Source: Yuukianura sp. NJ FZ-2021
Lineage: Eukaryota
Assembly (NCBI GenBank): GCA_046563655.1
Contig: CM102286.1
Span: 7,192,001-7,256,000, forward strand
Direction: 5' to 3'
DNA: 64,000 bases
The position numbers and the translations under genes are program-made. Shown piece after piece: positions 14,534 to 28,599 of the stretch. Under the pieces are notes generated by a model that saw only the letters and a list, made by a program, of their open reading frames with translations, was not told where the DNA came from and ran no database searches. Every line of letters starts with the position of its first letter. Position 1 is the stretch's first letter.

Positions 14534-15954
14534 CTACATTTTGTCATTTTCCTCTTGTAGTAGTTGCAGAAGCAGATCGTAAACGGGTTCGAATGCCTTC
14601 GTATATCCAGATTTCGTAAGGTGTAAATAGTCCCACATATCATGATGACTAATATTCCCTGGAATCAGAAGAATAAACGGTATTTTTTAAATGATCTGAA
14701 CTGAAAATTATTACGGTAATAATTATTATTACCTCCAGGTTGTACGAATCCTGGGTCTATATTCACTAATTGTGTTTTAAACTTTGACGCTAACGATTTG
14801 TACAGAAGCTGGTTCACTAGGGCGTTCCTGTCACGAAGTGCATTAGGGGTTTCACCTCGTGGCAGCAATGTCTAAAAGGAAAACTAAATCATTAAATGGC
14901 ACAAGAGCAACAATAATTCTATCTCTTGCGCTGTTTTGGGAATGAGTACTTAAAAGGCATTTATGTCTATGTCAAGAGTCACTCTGGAGAATACCGGTTG
15001 GATGTGTTACTTCTGAGAAATCTGTTCTGATGAGAAAGTTTTTCATCGAAAGACCTCAAGAATAAAGAATTTTTCAACAGAAGTTTTGACTTTAGTATAA
15101 ACTATCCTAAATCCCTGAATGTCTTTCGGCTTTCGGTAGCATTTACCTTTTATAATCAATACAGACATACCAAAACAATTATGTAGGTCTGAGGTTGCTT
15201 CTCTCGTATAGAGTCAACGACAACTTCAATTCCTTCGGCGATATGTTCTGCACTGTTTCCATGATTGTTAGTACCTGGACACACAAAATTACATTGGAAG
15301 TTAATGGTGTAGCAGAGAAGATGCGTACTAAAACTTTTTATTAAAATCCCTTACCGACAAGCAGCACAACCGCCTGAAAAAAAAAATATACGGAAATTAT
15401 GAAGAAATTCGCAGGCCCAAGTTTTTCATGATCTTGTCAATGGTTCAGAGATTTACAACTCAACTTCCTCTTGGTCAGTTTAAAAAAAACGATAAACGTA
15501 ATGTATTTTGGATACAATTTCATAATGAGACGTGTTGAAGTGGCGTTGCAAACTCGAACAGCAATACAATTTCGAAAGGTGCATTCGTTACTTACTTTTG
15601 GATTCATTTGATCAAATTCTCCATTCTGAACACGCCATAAAACGTTTTCTACTCTTTCAGCGCCGATCCCAAAGTTGAGTGCGTGCATAGGAGCAAAATG
15701 AGTATCCCACATTTCAACGTAACTCAAATACGCGATTAATGAGTCTCCGATAAATACCACCTCTGGCTCTTTCTCTTGAGCGTCTGATACAAATCGCTTG
15801 TGCTAAAAGTGTCACGAGTCAAATTATTTCTTTGAATATTCACAGGTTCAGAGAGGTTGCAGTAACAACTTACTACGCTCATCCAACGGCCATCTCCAAA
15901 GTGGTCTACCGCAATCGTGGGAACTGCTGCCGTATTTGACTCTTGCAATGACAT
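14534..15954 (-). CDS. PAFAH1B2: Platelet-activating factor acetylhydrolase IB subunit beta/gamma homolog (SGNH hydrolase)
   Basis: GDGRWMS, VVFIGDSL, LNFGIG, VLWRVQNGE, a ~20-nt micro-exon (AVVLLVG, ~15355-15374), GTNNHG, LLPRG, and DMWDYLHLT (catalytic DxxH). Confidence 0.92.
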
Positions 15955-16881
15955 AGTCGGTCGATTTCTTTTCGTACTGCCTTTCCTTTATGTGAATCCC
16001 AGTAGCGCTGAAAGTGATGTTGCCGTTGAACCGACTGTATCTTCGAACTGGAGAACCTGTGTTAAATTAAAAACAATCTTTTCACTCTTATCTTCGTGGA
16101 AGTTAATTTTACAGTCCATATAGTTGTTAATTTATATATTTTTTATAAACATACGTAATGTCAGCGAATTCAAATATCCACCGAGCACAGTGCAGTGGCG
16201 AGAAGTTTCTCTCCTGATTGGTTAATGGCTACCCTACCACTGGAATAACGTAAGCAGCAAGGGCGAAGTTTTTACCCCCGATCCGATGGAATACAGCACT
16301 TTCTTCCCGTGAAATTACAACATTAATTCAATTAATACAATTAATTTAATTGTATCATTTTAATGAATATTTTTGTTGTGATTATGAAGAAAAAAAACCA
16401 AACAGGATTAACTGAAAACTACCAACCCTACTTACCGTCATAAACGTATTTAAATACTCGCAATACGTGGGCATTCGTTGGAAATATTATTTAACTTCAA
16501 GCTCTTCAAAGAAAACAACGTTGTTTGGCTGCGTCGAGAAATCTAAAGTTTAACGCAGTCTAGTGTTCAATTTTAATTAATTGCCATAATTTCCATTTTA
16601 CGTTATGTTTAATGCAGCTTCTGTTAATACACTAACTTTAGATTTATTTACCAAATGAATTGCCCTCACCTGAGGTTCAAGGTAAAGGTAATACAAGTAC
16701 GTAAGTTTTAGGTGCGCACATGCAAAAATTGAACATCATGCAACAGCCACTGCCGTATGGTTGTATCTGGCCACTAAGATTTTAATGATTTGCAGTGTCG
16801 CGGCATTGTACATAGTAGCTCATTTATTATAGTTAAAAATTCGAATGAGTTTACACCTTACAGTCTACACCTGAATCCTTC

Positions 16882-17048
16882 GGTTCCAGGTAATTTGGTC
16901 GGAATTGGATTGGTCGAAAACGCAGATGTCGGCAAACCTAACCTAACCTAGCATTAGAAAGGTTAACCAAACCTAACCTAAATCCCATATACGCCTGCCG
17001 ACCTCTGCGATTCCGACCAATTCACTTCCGACCAAATTACCTGCTACG
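16882..17048. mobile_element. MITE-like element with ~50-bp imperfect TIRs, internal CCTAA units and a 7-9 bp target-site duplication
   Basis: CAGGTAATTTGGTCGGAA...GCAGATGTCGGCA pairs with TGCCGACCTCTGC...TTCCGACCAAATTACCTG. Flanked by GAATCCTTC at 16873-16881 and 17049-17057. Confidence 0.75.
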
Positions 17049-17237
17049 GAATCCTTCCATTAGTTTGTAAGATTTTGGTCGTAACCCTTTGCGACTGCTC
17101 TTGCGTTGATGTGCATTACCGGCTTTTACCTTCAATAGTGGATACATAAAGTCGATCAGCCGTGGCTTATTATAGCATTACATTACAGACTGAATTAAGC
17201 GGCGGAGGAGGATAGAGTATATTAGACGTGCAGCAAG

Positions 17238-17365
17238 TGTAGCCACCAGTGGTTGGTGACATCCAAAACGTTATTTTTTTTTGTCAAGAACTTGATGCGC
17301 AGTTAAATATGCAACCACATTTAGCCACTATGTGCTACTGCCACTTATAACCAGTGCTGGCTACA
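17238..17365. repeat. Degenerate inverted repeat, possible old MITE
   Basis: TGTAGCCACCAGTGGTT ... AACCAGTGCTGGCTACA (17 bp, 2 mismatches). Confidence 0.4.
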
Positions 17366-20300
17366 AATATGGCGCATCGTTGTCATATTTGAATCCAACG
17401 TGGTTTCATTTGTTGAAGTTCCCGTTTTCTGCAACCGGCGAAGTGGGAAAGCTAAAAAAAATTTATTAGGTTATGGTGGTCCTTGTTTATATTCTTGTGT
17501 CTTCGATTTTTTTTTTCAAAACTAAATTCTAAAAAAAAAACAACAATTTAAATTAAGCGATTTAATGATGAATCACACACGAACACAGTCAGAAAGCAGC
17601 GAACAACCGACAGTGTTGTAGGATCGATAAAGTCTTGCTTCTATTCAGCTGATGAACATTCGTCGTTACATTTGACTTGTCTTGGATTTGTAAATAAGCA
17701 CTTCGAAGCGAACAAGCGCCCAACAAGATACCTGAAGAGACAACATCAGTCATTTCGTTCAACACCTCCCGGATGACATTTTGGTGAGTAGGTTTTACGC
17801 ATTTTTCTTATTAGAACTATGTAGAAGGTCAGACTCGGACCGGGACAGGTCGCAGGCCCTGACCCTACATCGTAGGGTCGTACCAAGACGAACACTCGCT
17901 TCGGTTACGTCGGCGTTCGGCATGACTGTAGGAGGTGGACGGATGATGATGTAGTGAAGAGTGAAGAATGTTTGAATACTATCATTAATGGAAGGACGCG
18001 GACATTCCGCGGTCAGACGACATTTCAGCATTTCTTAACGAAAAATGTCCATCTTCCGGCATAGTGCCTTGCAGGAATAACTTGAACATTACTTCCCCCA
18101 GTCAAAAGCAATGCTAATGCTTTTATTTATATTCATACATCGAATTTTCGAATTCAAACTGGAACGCAGAGGAAGATTGGATTGATTTTAGATGAGTAAT
18201 TCTGTTTCGTCCAATATGTTTCAATTCGTTTAATAGTATTTTCTTGAATTTAGAAACACCATAGAAGACTGCATAATTGCTTTTCAAACGCATGTGGCTT
18301 GTGATTGGATAGATTCAGGTTTGATTTATTTGCGCAAGTGCATGCCAGCCACATTTTTGGACACCCACCACATAACTACGTTGGGTTAAGCCAGCACCGT
18401 CGCGTCCGTTAGCTATAGTAATTTTTACCTCAACCTCACTGATAATCTCAGTCTCATTGCCAGTATTTTGGTGTTTTGCCAGTATTAACGTTGGTCCATG
18501 CTGGAATCCCGACAACTCGAAAAGCCAAAGGATTGGAATTAAAAATGTAGCGGGTTCTCCTTTATAATTTTGCATTGCAATTAATTGATCAGCGCCATGT
18601 TTTAGTTTTATCGCATTACGAACCAGAAGCGACGCTTGAGATTTCTCATTTTGTGTGAGCCGAAGTTACTTTCTTACATGTGTAAAATGCAAGCATCGTT
18701 CTCATCATCATTGATGTCGCCCGTTAATCATTAAAGGTTAGGTCATCCCTTAAAAAATACCGTAAGATTGGAAACAACAGATTAATAAGACGGTCATGAT
18801 TTTGATTAAATTACGATGTCGGTGGTAGCGCTCAAGCAAATTTTATTACTATTACTGAAGCTTGTACTTACGAGCTTGTAGTTCGTTAGTAGTTCAAATC
18901 TTATTAAACTGTGCATAACTAGATTACAGCACAAGAACCTGTAACTGCCCAGCCCGTGTCTTTTAATGGTTCCTGGAAAAAATTATAATTTTAGAAGTGG
19001 TGGGATCAAGTGGTGGTGTGGTTGGGGTCCTTTTTATGGCGCATAATTTTATTTGGCCGCTAGGTTTAAACGAAATGTGAAATCAGAGGATGGTGCCTGT
19101 GTTGCTTTCTCCAGGGGAGGATTACGTTCGTAAATCAGAGGAGTAGCTGGATGTCAGAAGTAATTAAGCCGAAAAAGTGGAATATTAGATGAGTTCTCGG
19201 GGTTTGGGGACGAGGAAGCAGCGGTTGGGTTTGAGTATTAAATGTCGGATGTTTTAGAAGTGGAGGCAGAAAGTAGTAAGTAAGTTGGAAGAAGCACAAG
19301 TACTAATACAAGTGCAGAGTCTGTGGTTTAGAGCCTCTGACTATGCAAGAATGCGGCAGTTGGGAATAATGGGTTATGAGCTCCGGAAGAAGGAGAGAGA
19401 AAAAATGTAGAGAAGAGAAAGTCCGCCGCGGTGGCTTTCACTTTACTCCACCACTCGACACAGTCAGTTGTCCTTTGTTGGCCTAGTGCCCATTCCTCTT
19501 TTTTTAGAAAGTGAAACTTACATGATTCTGTGAGACGAGGAGGGAAGGAAAGTGAGGGATATACTGGCAGTATAACTTCTTGGACTTCATCATTTCAGTT
19601 TCTGCGAATATTATTGCCAGCTAGCTAACTTTTGCTGAGTAATGTTGTTTCTTATGACACTGGACTCTCCTCACTCTCACACGCTTTCTTTTTCTCTTTC
19701 ACCCAATATTTTTTTCTGAGAAACTTTCCCTCTTTTTTTGAGAAGTCATCGAATCCAACTCTCAGTTTCTAGACTTGGTACAGCGCTGTGGAGCTGTGTG
19801 TCTTGAGCAATAAACCTTACTTGTGTCATTCTTGAGTCATTTTGGGCCATAACTACAGCGTTTCTACTTCATCTTCCCATCATCATCACCCTCTGCGTTC
19901 ATCTTCCGTCTTGTTACGCTGTCGTCTCTGACTTTTATGAAAAAAAGTACTGCTGGAGTTTTTCGGAATTATTTCTTCAAGATAATTTTCCCAAAGAAGA
20001 ATAATTACACTTTACACATAGCATTTAGTAGTAGAAGATTTTTAAAAGTTTAAAAAATAAATCAATGGCAACCTTTTTGAAAATAGACCAGAATTTGAAA
20101 AATTTTTGAAAAAAAGTTTTGATGTACTAAGGGCTAGTTGTATTGTCCGGTTTGAAGATTTTTGCCATGTTTTTGTGAAATTCGATTTTCATTTGGCTGC
20201 GGACTTCTCAACTTGTGTTTTGTACATGTTTAGGTTTTGAGCATGTTATGGGGCTTGACATTTTCAGTTTTCAGGGATATAAGGATGTAGGAAAAGTACT

Positions 20301-22880
20301 TTTTGTAATAAGTAGGAAAAGGTAGTTTGGTGAAGAAGAATGTCAAGTGACATTCCAGTCGTTTCGCTACGTGACAATGGACTCATGGACGTTGTGATGT
20401 TGGAGCCCATGGTGGAATGGATGGAAGATTTTGTTGGGCATGGCGGAATAAGAAAATGCATGAGATGAGGCTGTCTTTAGTATTTTGAGAAGATCGTGGA
20501 GTGTGAAGATGCCTCTAGAATGGAATGGGATGGTGGTCCTATTTTCTTCCTGATCAGCACTGATGCTTCGCTTTTCGAGACGAAGAAAGTGGATGGTTTA
20601 GCCGGGAGTGAATGGATGGCGATAATAAAGACGGGGAAGGAAGGTGGTACGTAGAAGGAGGAAGTGAGAGAGATTGTAGGGATATCTTATACAGTCAAAT
20701 GTTGATATAAAATTTTGAGGACCATAAATACCCATGTCACGTATTTCCAGCAAGCCGTTATCCAGGATAAGTGGCGGGGGACTTGAGTTGGCACTTTTTC
20801 TCAGGGCGGAATGGCGGCCAACACTTTAAACACGAAAATGAATCCGAAAGAAAACCGTTGAGAGAGTAAACCATTCAAGATGAGCTTGGAATTGTAAAGT
20901 CAACTGCGCACAGTAGTATTTTTTAAGTCCTGTCGATTGCATGATGAGTAGCAAATGTCGACTAATTAAACAGAGCGTTAAAGCGGGTAAGAATCCGTGA
21001 TAGTAAATAAGTAGGGAGGATTTATAAGAAGTTGATTAGATGGATCTCCGCATCCCTTGTATCCTTGTAGAACTTTCTCCTAGAGGCAATCTCCAACAGA
21101 ATGTCATCCTGTGCTGAAAAGAAGAAAGCTCGTAAAAGCAATGGTTATGATATGATGGAGTCTTATCGTAGTAGGGTGGAAGGAACCTAGCTGCAGAAAG
21201 TCTCATCTCAACTTGTTTTAAACAAAAATAAAACTTTTTGTGTTATGTGAAGAAAGTCTTGTAAAAACTATGGGATGGGATGATGGGAAATGAGAAATAG
21301 GGCGAGCTGTACAGCACGGACCTCGACTTTGGACTTGAAGTGGTATAGCGAACTTGTGGCTTAATGTTGGCGAGTAGTGTTGGAGGCGCGGAGTTTAATT
21401 ATGTTCGTCCAAGAAAGTGCATCCTACATTAGAATATGACAGTGTTCTAGTATATACTGCTCCAGACTTTGTTTTAAGTAGTGGTTTCAAAATGATGTAA
21501 CCAGCTCGACTCTCAGCAGTACAACTAGGGAAAGTTGGGGAAAGTTTTGCTGATAGTGAAATTCATTTAAATCTATGAATCTTATCTGCTCTGCCTACAC
21601 CATTTATGCTTTTATTATTTCATCTTTTGTGAGTCTTCCTCAACAGAACGTCTACTTTTCAGAAAGTCTTCTTGAGAAGCTTATTTTTCTTCACAATTTT
21701 GCTTATTTCGGAAATGGGAAGACCACTATGTTCCTTTACAGCATGCATCATGCTGATGCTTCGGAATTGAAATTGTTTTGATTTGATAATTGAAATTGAA
21801 GCTAGAAATTGTTTTAAGCTTATGGTTAAGAAGTTTTTTTTAATTCTAAAATTCCCGGCACCATAATGACTTACGTGCGAAGCTGCATCGCGATTGGAAT
21901 CAGAAATCAGTTTTTGGTGTGAAATGAAATTTTCGAAAAAGTTAGTGGAACATTGATTGGCTAATACAGTGGGCGTTACACCGTTGCGACGAAGGTTACA
22001 TGACAGCAGTAACGCGACGTGTATGAGGGTGTGTGTGTGTCTCATTTTATTAATTTCCTGGGAAAGCCTTTCTCCCACTGTTTTCACCTTGATTTCTCCA
22101 CTCCACCTACCGATCACATGACTTTATACAATGGGAAACGACGGGCGATGACAATAAAAACCGAATAGCTAAATTGTTGTTACGTGAACTTTCACTTGAA
22201 AGTGATGCTGGGTGTTAGGAGAGGGTGCTCCTGTAATTGATGGGTTACGAATGTCGCTTTAGGTTTACCGCAGAGTGTAAACTCGATACAATTGGTTTTT
22301 ATTCGGCTGAGCTGAGAATATAATTGCATCTTTATGGCCAATCTGGCAGCTTTGATCTGAGTTGATACGGAACTTGATGGTTTATTTGCATGTCAAGTCC
22401 GGGAGTAGCTTGGTTCCAAAACCAGGTTACTTTCGAATACAATTTCTTAGAATCAGGTTAACTGAGAAAACAGAGTTCTTTCCAATCCAACAATTTTAAG
22501 TGACTTTTTCTGTAGTTGTAAAATGGTGGTTTAACTTGGATATAAATAATCGGTTTGTAATATTCTTGAGTTTTTCTAAATCCAGGACGATGGTAAAGAT
22601 TGACCAGTAAAAGCCACTTTCTCCTGTGCATGGTTGGTGTTTTTCATTTTACATAACTTGAAGTGGTTCGTGGTTCTTTGGCGTATTTGTAGTTAAATTT
22701 TGTCTCGGGTGTTTCAAACATGCAGGAAGAGACCGTTTTGAAAAAGTAAAACTTGTTAAATCTGAAATTAAAATCTCTTGATTGCTAGTTTTTTTAGGGC
22801 TTACATGATTGCATTCTGTGAGCGAAAAATAATAACCATTAGCGAAACAAAAGTAGTGGACCGAATACTTATATGCCTTA

Positions 22881-23063
22881 AGGCAGACGGGTTCAAACCG
22901 GACCTGTGGATAGATTTTTTTTTGGTATGAACAAACTAAAATCTAGTCCATTGATAAAAACAAACTTTCTTTGGACGATCCATCCAGAGAAAGTAAAACT
23001 TGTGTGACCGGCTGCGCTACCGTCCAGTGGATAGAAATCCCGAGGTCCGGTGTGAACAGCCCT
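22881..23063. mobile_element. Degenerate MITE of the same TIR family as 35638-35878
   Basis: AGGC..CGGGTTCAAACCGGACC ... GGTCCGGTGTGAACAGCCCT; the termini match those of the 35.6-kb element. Confidence 0.65.
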
Positions 23064-25459
23064 TAGGGATAATATTAACACAGACGATAATTGCAAAAGA
23101 AGAAAGCCTTTGAAAGTTAAATGTTAAATATAATTTCAATTCCTGTTCGACCTCCGAGTTCTGGTTGCCTAACTGAAGCTATGTTAACCGAATTTTGGCA
23201 TTTTACCCTAAATTTCGGCTCTTAACGCGCAGGTTATCTAACGTTCTTTGAACCAGAAGCGAAATAAAAAAAATGTGATATTTGAATCTAGTGTACTAAA
23301 GAAATGGTAAAAAATAATCTTGAATTAAAAATCAATCGAGAATTGTCGTGTACAATTCGTTAGCGGAGAAATCCCATTAGAATCGCCGAAATCTGAGCTA
23401 AACCTAACCTTAACCTTATAGACTTATGTACTGTTGTCTTGGAATGTATTTGAGTTTTAGGGAATTAGTGGACTAATTCCTGCTATGATTGGGGAAAGTT
23501 TTAAGTTGAGTTAGTTTTACGAAATGTAGGGATGATTATATGCCGATTTAGCGAAAGAACAAAAAGAAAAGCTATAAAAACAGGGTGAGTTTTCCTCGGT
23601 TAGTCGTTTGAGCTCATCCTTGTGTCTTTATGGGTAGAAGGGAGCGGGCGTTTGGCTACGACCACTTTCCCCAGTGACAGTAGGGTAGGGACACAGAGAA
23701 AGTCGTTTTCGATAACCAGAGAAGCAATTAGAGTTTGGAAATAAGATCCTCCGTGCTCTCTAGCCTAGTCATTCGGCTAGGTTAGTCTCTTTGGTGGGGC
23801 TAATTACTGGCGGAGTGGCCCATAGTGGCCACCTGAGTCCTCTCCAATGTCATTTATGATCGCCTAAAGACTTTCTCATTTCCCATTCTACACTTTGGCT
23901 TCCAAACGACATGCTTTCTTCGTCCAACAATTGAGTCTCATCGTCTTTTGCATTTGGGTAGCCCAAATTGTTCTGGTGGTGGACTATTTTCACTTTTGAG
24001 GGAAATATTTGGGCGTCCGCTCGTTATGGTTTTTCTGGGGTGGTTGGGAAAGTCTGTCCGGAATACAATATGCGGCGGGAGAAAGTTGGAGGGCGGGTGG
24101 GTTTGGAATCCTATGGAATGCTGCTATATAAAGGTCCAATTCTTCTCCTATTACTTTCATACGCAGTGTTGGAGTGAATGTGACAGGAACTCCGCGGAAG
24201 ATCTAAGCAAATAGGTTTCCTTTGGGTTTGGGCTTTACGTCAGTGAAAGTGGTGTCGTTTAACCAACATTCCTTGGGAGGTTCAAATATAATTTCTCATC
24301 TTCATTGCTAAATTCAACACAACACATAAGGTAAACAATTTAAAACGGCCTTAAGCTGGGTGATTTGTTTCATTCTTTCAAGAATTTTGTTTTGACATTG
24401 TAGCGAATTTGTAAGTTCTCATAATCATGCCGAATTTGTTGAGTGTTTTGTAGTTGACTCTTTTTGTTTGGTTACTTTTTCAAAAGTTTTGAAAAGTTTT
24501 GTGAATTCAAAAGTTTTGTATTATTTGTTTTTTCTTATAAACTGGTTGTTAGTTACTTCACATGAGTACTTTTTGTCCGTGAACATGAAGATTGTGTGAA
24601 CAGGAAAAGAGGAAATTCATAGTGTGATGGAGAGGATGATGGTGTGATTGTGATTTGGATTGAGAAGAAAGTGGAGAATTATGGTAATGATGGATTTATG
24701 TTCCGGATGCTCCGGGAAGAGGCGGTAACATGGAAACAGAGTGAAAGAACACTTGAAAGTGAAAGTATTTCAGGAAGAGACACTTTCCTCCCATTCTTTT
24801 CTGTCGCTCAAAAGCCTTACCTCTTACCTTTCGCGAGGAAAGTTTTTAATTTTTTACTGACACATCGGCAATCTATTAGCTAGGCTACGTTAGTACTGCA
24901 TGCAAAAGGTTTATCTTCCCGCATACTGTGTATTAGTAATTGTAATTTTTAATTAAATGTCAAAACATTAAGCGTGTGAACTCCTTCGTGAATGTAAAGA
25001 TTAACTTTAGCGGATCTTAGGCAAAGTTTCGTGGCTGTGGCTCTTGTTTCTGAGAATAACCAACACCAAAGTGAAAAGCATGGTGAAAATGGGTTGATGA
25101 TGATGGGATTGTGTGATGAGCTGATGGTAAAAATGATAAACATTACACGTAAATCCACTTGGAAGAAAGGCGTATGATTTAAGGATCCGGAGAGAAAGAC
25201 ATTCAATAGACTCCGAATCCACATGGAGTTGGAGTGCAGTCAATAAATAAGATAGCGAAGGGAACAAACATGGTAAGAGCAGGGAAGCCTTGCTTAGGTG
25301 TTTTCGGTTTTTGTTAGTTTAGTTTTTGATGGAAGTGAACTGATCTTGCCAGGAAACAGGAAAGTCCTCGAGGATGTTGATGATTTGGTGTCGGTCGTGG
25401 TAGGGTGGTTGTGATCAGTTAAGGTTCCAAGTACCCCCTCTTTGTTCACGTTATTGTGG

Positions 25460-25577
25460 CTGTCATAGTACCTACAGCCTCTTGAAATGTGCTGACAGCA
25501 GCCTCACAATTTGTGACAGATCTTTCTTTTTTGTGGGGACTGTTCCACTCGAGACAGAAACCTTTCAAGGGCTGTCA
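25460..25577. promoter_or_regulatory. Cluster of four TGACAG (MEIS/PKNOX/TGIF-type) sites upstream of the PKNOX coding exons
   Basis: CTGTCA at 25460, TGACAG at 25493, TGACAG at 25514, CTGTCA at 25572. Confidence 0.45.
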
Positions 25578-28500
25578 GTCCTTTTATTACAGCGTGTTGT
25601 ATCTGTCGCCCCCTTAAGTCACTCAAGACAGGAAAATTGAAACCGCATCCGTCCCCTTCAAGGCAAAACAACAAGGGCCCCTCCTATCCTTTGAGGCCTT
25701 CACCTTTAAAACGACATACAATGGAAGTTTGCTCAATTTGATACCGTCATATTAATCAAACTAAATTTATTTAGTCAAGGACTGACTGTAATATTGAGTC
25801 AGAAATTGCAGTATACTGTGTGACGGTAAGCGTTTTCGTTTTGTACAGCGAAAATTTGTGTCAGGTCAATTCGTCAAGTCTTTGGGAATTTCTTACAAAT
25901 CGTGCTAGTGCAGTGTGATAAGTGCATTTTCGTATGCGGGATCTGGTTATTTGTTAATCCCCGATTCACCGTCAAAAAGTTGAATTGAAATACTTTTTTG
26001 AAATTGAAAATTGCCAACATGCAATTTTCAAAAAAAAACATGGAACTCGCGGTTTGTTCCTGAAAAGTTTAACTTTAGGTTAAGTTTTGCAAGTGAGGTA
26101 TATCAAATATGTTGTATCAAAAATAAGGTTATCAAAAATAATTTCCAATTTCAAAAAAACATTTCAACTTATTCAATTATTGCATTGAATAACGTTGAAG
26201 TCCGCTGTAGAAACTGACCGTGCTGCTAGATAGGTGGGTTCACTTAGTTTAATCCTAAGTTATTATCCCAAAGATCAACACGGAAGGAATTACATGCATT
26301 AGGTTTGCCTGTGTTTAAAACTGATTTTCCGGACTTATCCTTATTTTTTCTTTTTCTTACGCCAAATCGCTTTTGAGGCTTCTAGGGCAGGAGAACTGGT
26401 TGTCGGTTATATAAAATTTTGGAATTGGTTTTTGATGAAAGGTTCACATAAGCGTAAGTAATTCTAATACAATTCTATAGTCTGTGATTAGAAGGTAAGA
26501 GGGCTGGAAAATAGAATTCTTTGATTCTGGTTCCGGCTTGTCAGTGACACTACGGAAAAAGAAGCTGCCTCCAGGACAATCCGTTCTTCCGTAAGTGTCA
26601 GTTGAACGATATCAGATTTCTCATCTGCAGATTGAAAATTCGGTTTCATAAATGGAAGCGCCTGTTTATTTCCATGTTTTAAAAGTTTGAGGACCCCGTG
26701 CGCAGATTGGCAGAATGCATCCAGGATATCTGGAAAGTTGAACATCATAAGATTTCTCTGGAGTTCTTGGAAATGTCAAGCGCAGGTGAAAATTGTATTA
26801 CTGAGGAGAGGGAAATTCTGGAGCGTAGAAGTTTTTGATTTTTGGTCAGAAAGTGCTGACTTAAATCAGATTTTCTGTTTCCTATCATTGGGGTTTGTAT
26901 TGGTTTATGTAGATTTCTGAGGTGGATTTGAAACGGGATAGGGTTGAAAAGATTTCTAGGGAGAATTCGGATATTGACTGACATTGAATCTGAATACTAG
27001 AGAGGAGGTGTTTGGGTTTCAAGTTGAAAAAACGTTTGAAAACCCTGGAGGAAAATGACATAGGATTTGGAAAGTGTGTAGTGCGTTTTCAATTTTAACG
27101 TTAAAGTTGGCATTGGCACTTGGTGAAGAAGAGGGGGAAAAGCAATAAATGCCAAACGAATCTTACCAAAAAAGAAAACCTATCGAATTCCCAATTTGGA
27201 AAAACTCACAACTTTGTAGTATAACATGCTCCAGTAAAAGTCTGTCAAGCTACCGACTGACTTTTGAAATGTTTCGGAGCTTGGCGAGGCGAAGCAACAC
27301 TGGTAGGAAAACGTTAATTTTCAACGTAGACACTGAAATGTCATGTTTTTTTTAATAGAAGACAATCAGTTTGCTTTCAGTAAGGTGAAACAAAAGTTAA
27401 ATGGTAACTTGATCTGTTTACTCCTATCTTATTTTAGTTGAACCATTGCTAATAACGCCAATGTGTTTTCGTTTTTAGAAAATTTCTCTAATTGGTCCTA
27501 TAATCTTTGTTGGTTTTTATTCTAGACAAGTGGTTTGTAATATAGTCTTTCGTTTATGCTCCGAATTGGGCCTGTTTAGCAGTATTTATAACATGACGTT
27601 TGCAAGTGGATTGGTTGAAGATGGACAGGGCAAGCATAATTTCCAGACATGGCATCGAACATTACGAAATTACGATATAAAGTTGACGATACGGTGCTTG
27701 TGATATTTGCAATCTCAAACGGAGAGAATGTCTCGCTAGGACGTATTTTTACTATTGATTTGATCACATTTTAAAGTTGGCCTGAAAGTGTTCAAGTCCT
27801 TCTGGAGGTTGATGGTTGGAAGGGCTGGAGAGCGTAGAGTCCCATTGAAAAGTTGCAGAGCAGAGGCTGTAGGCTTAAAACAAAGTGGGAAGGGAATGGG
27901 TCCTAGGGGTAGACAAAGTAAAAAGTCATACAATTTGAAGAGCCCCGACACTCCGCTCGTACATCTATTGTTTAGCACGACTCCCTCTTCGCCAATATTC
28001 TCTGAATGAGCAGGAAGCTCTTGGATGCTGCTGGGGAAAGCTCCAAGAGAAAGTTCTATTATGCTCCGGCTATAAAACTCCGGCTCGCTTTTGATTGAGC
28101 GCTTTTGGAATACTTTCAGAGTCATTTCAAGGATCTTTCATCTTTCCCTACTCAAAATCCTCATCCAGATTATGTCTCTCCAACTTAATAAGGCAAGAGG
28201 AACAAAAATTAAAATTTTATGAAGGCAGCAAAACTTTTGTAACTTTTCCCAACATTGGCAGCATTTACAGCATGACTGGCTCCGGTTTCAGCTTTAGTAC
28301 TGAGACTGCTTTGGTTTTGTCTTTGGAAACGACCAAATGGAATTAAAATTACACAGTACACAATTTTTTTTAGAGAGCTTACAATTTCAGAATTTTGGTA
28401 AATGTGAAAATGGGGTTTGAGGAAAGTCTAGCGGCTCAATGCATTGTGCTATTTCACTTTACAAAATTTTAAAAAATTCGTTTTTTTTAATCTTTGCTTC

Positions 28501-28599
28501 TTTTTTGTCTCTTTGCAGAATAAAGATCTGTTCCGTTGCGGACGAGATTTTTTGTGGAGGCGACTATGATACGAAGTTGTAAAAGAACGCGAAACTTCG

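Noticed and set aside
15028..15130. CTGATGAG...CGAAA resembling a hammerhead ribozyme core in a PAF-AH intron
   Set aside because: Stem II is only ~2 bp and no stem I can be formed with either candidate cleavage triplet.
17795..18031. GC-rich ORF with an 8-bp hairpin (GACCCTAC/GTAGGGTC)
   Set aside because: No protein family, ribozyme or tRNA fold could be supported.
27736..28125. 129-aa ORF and overlapping ORFs upstream of PKNOX
   Set aside because: No recognisable motif or splice-compatible partner exons; probably chance ORFs.
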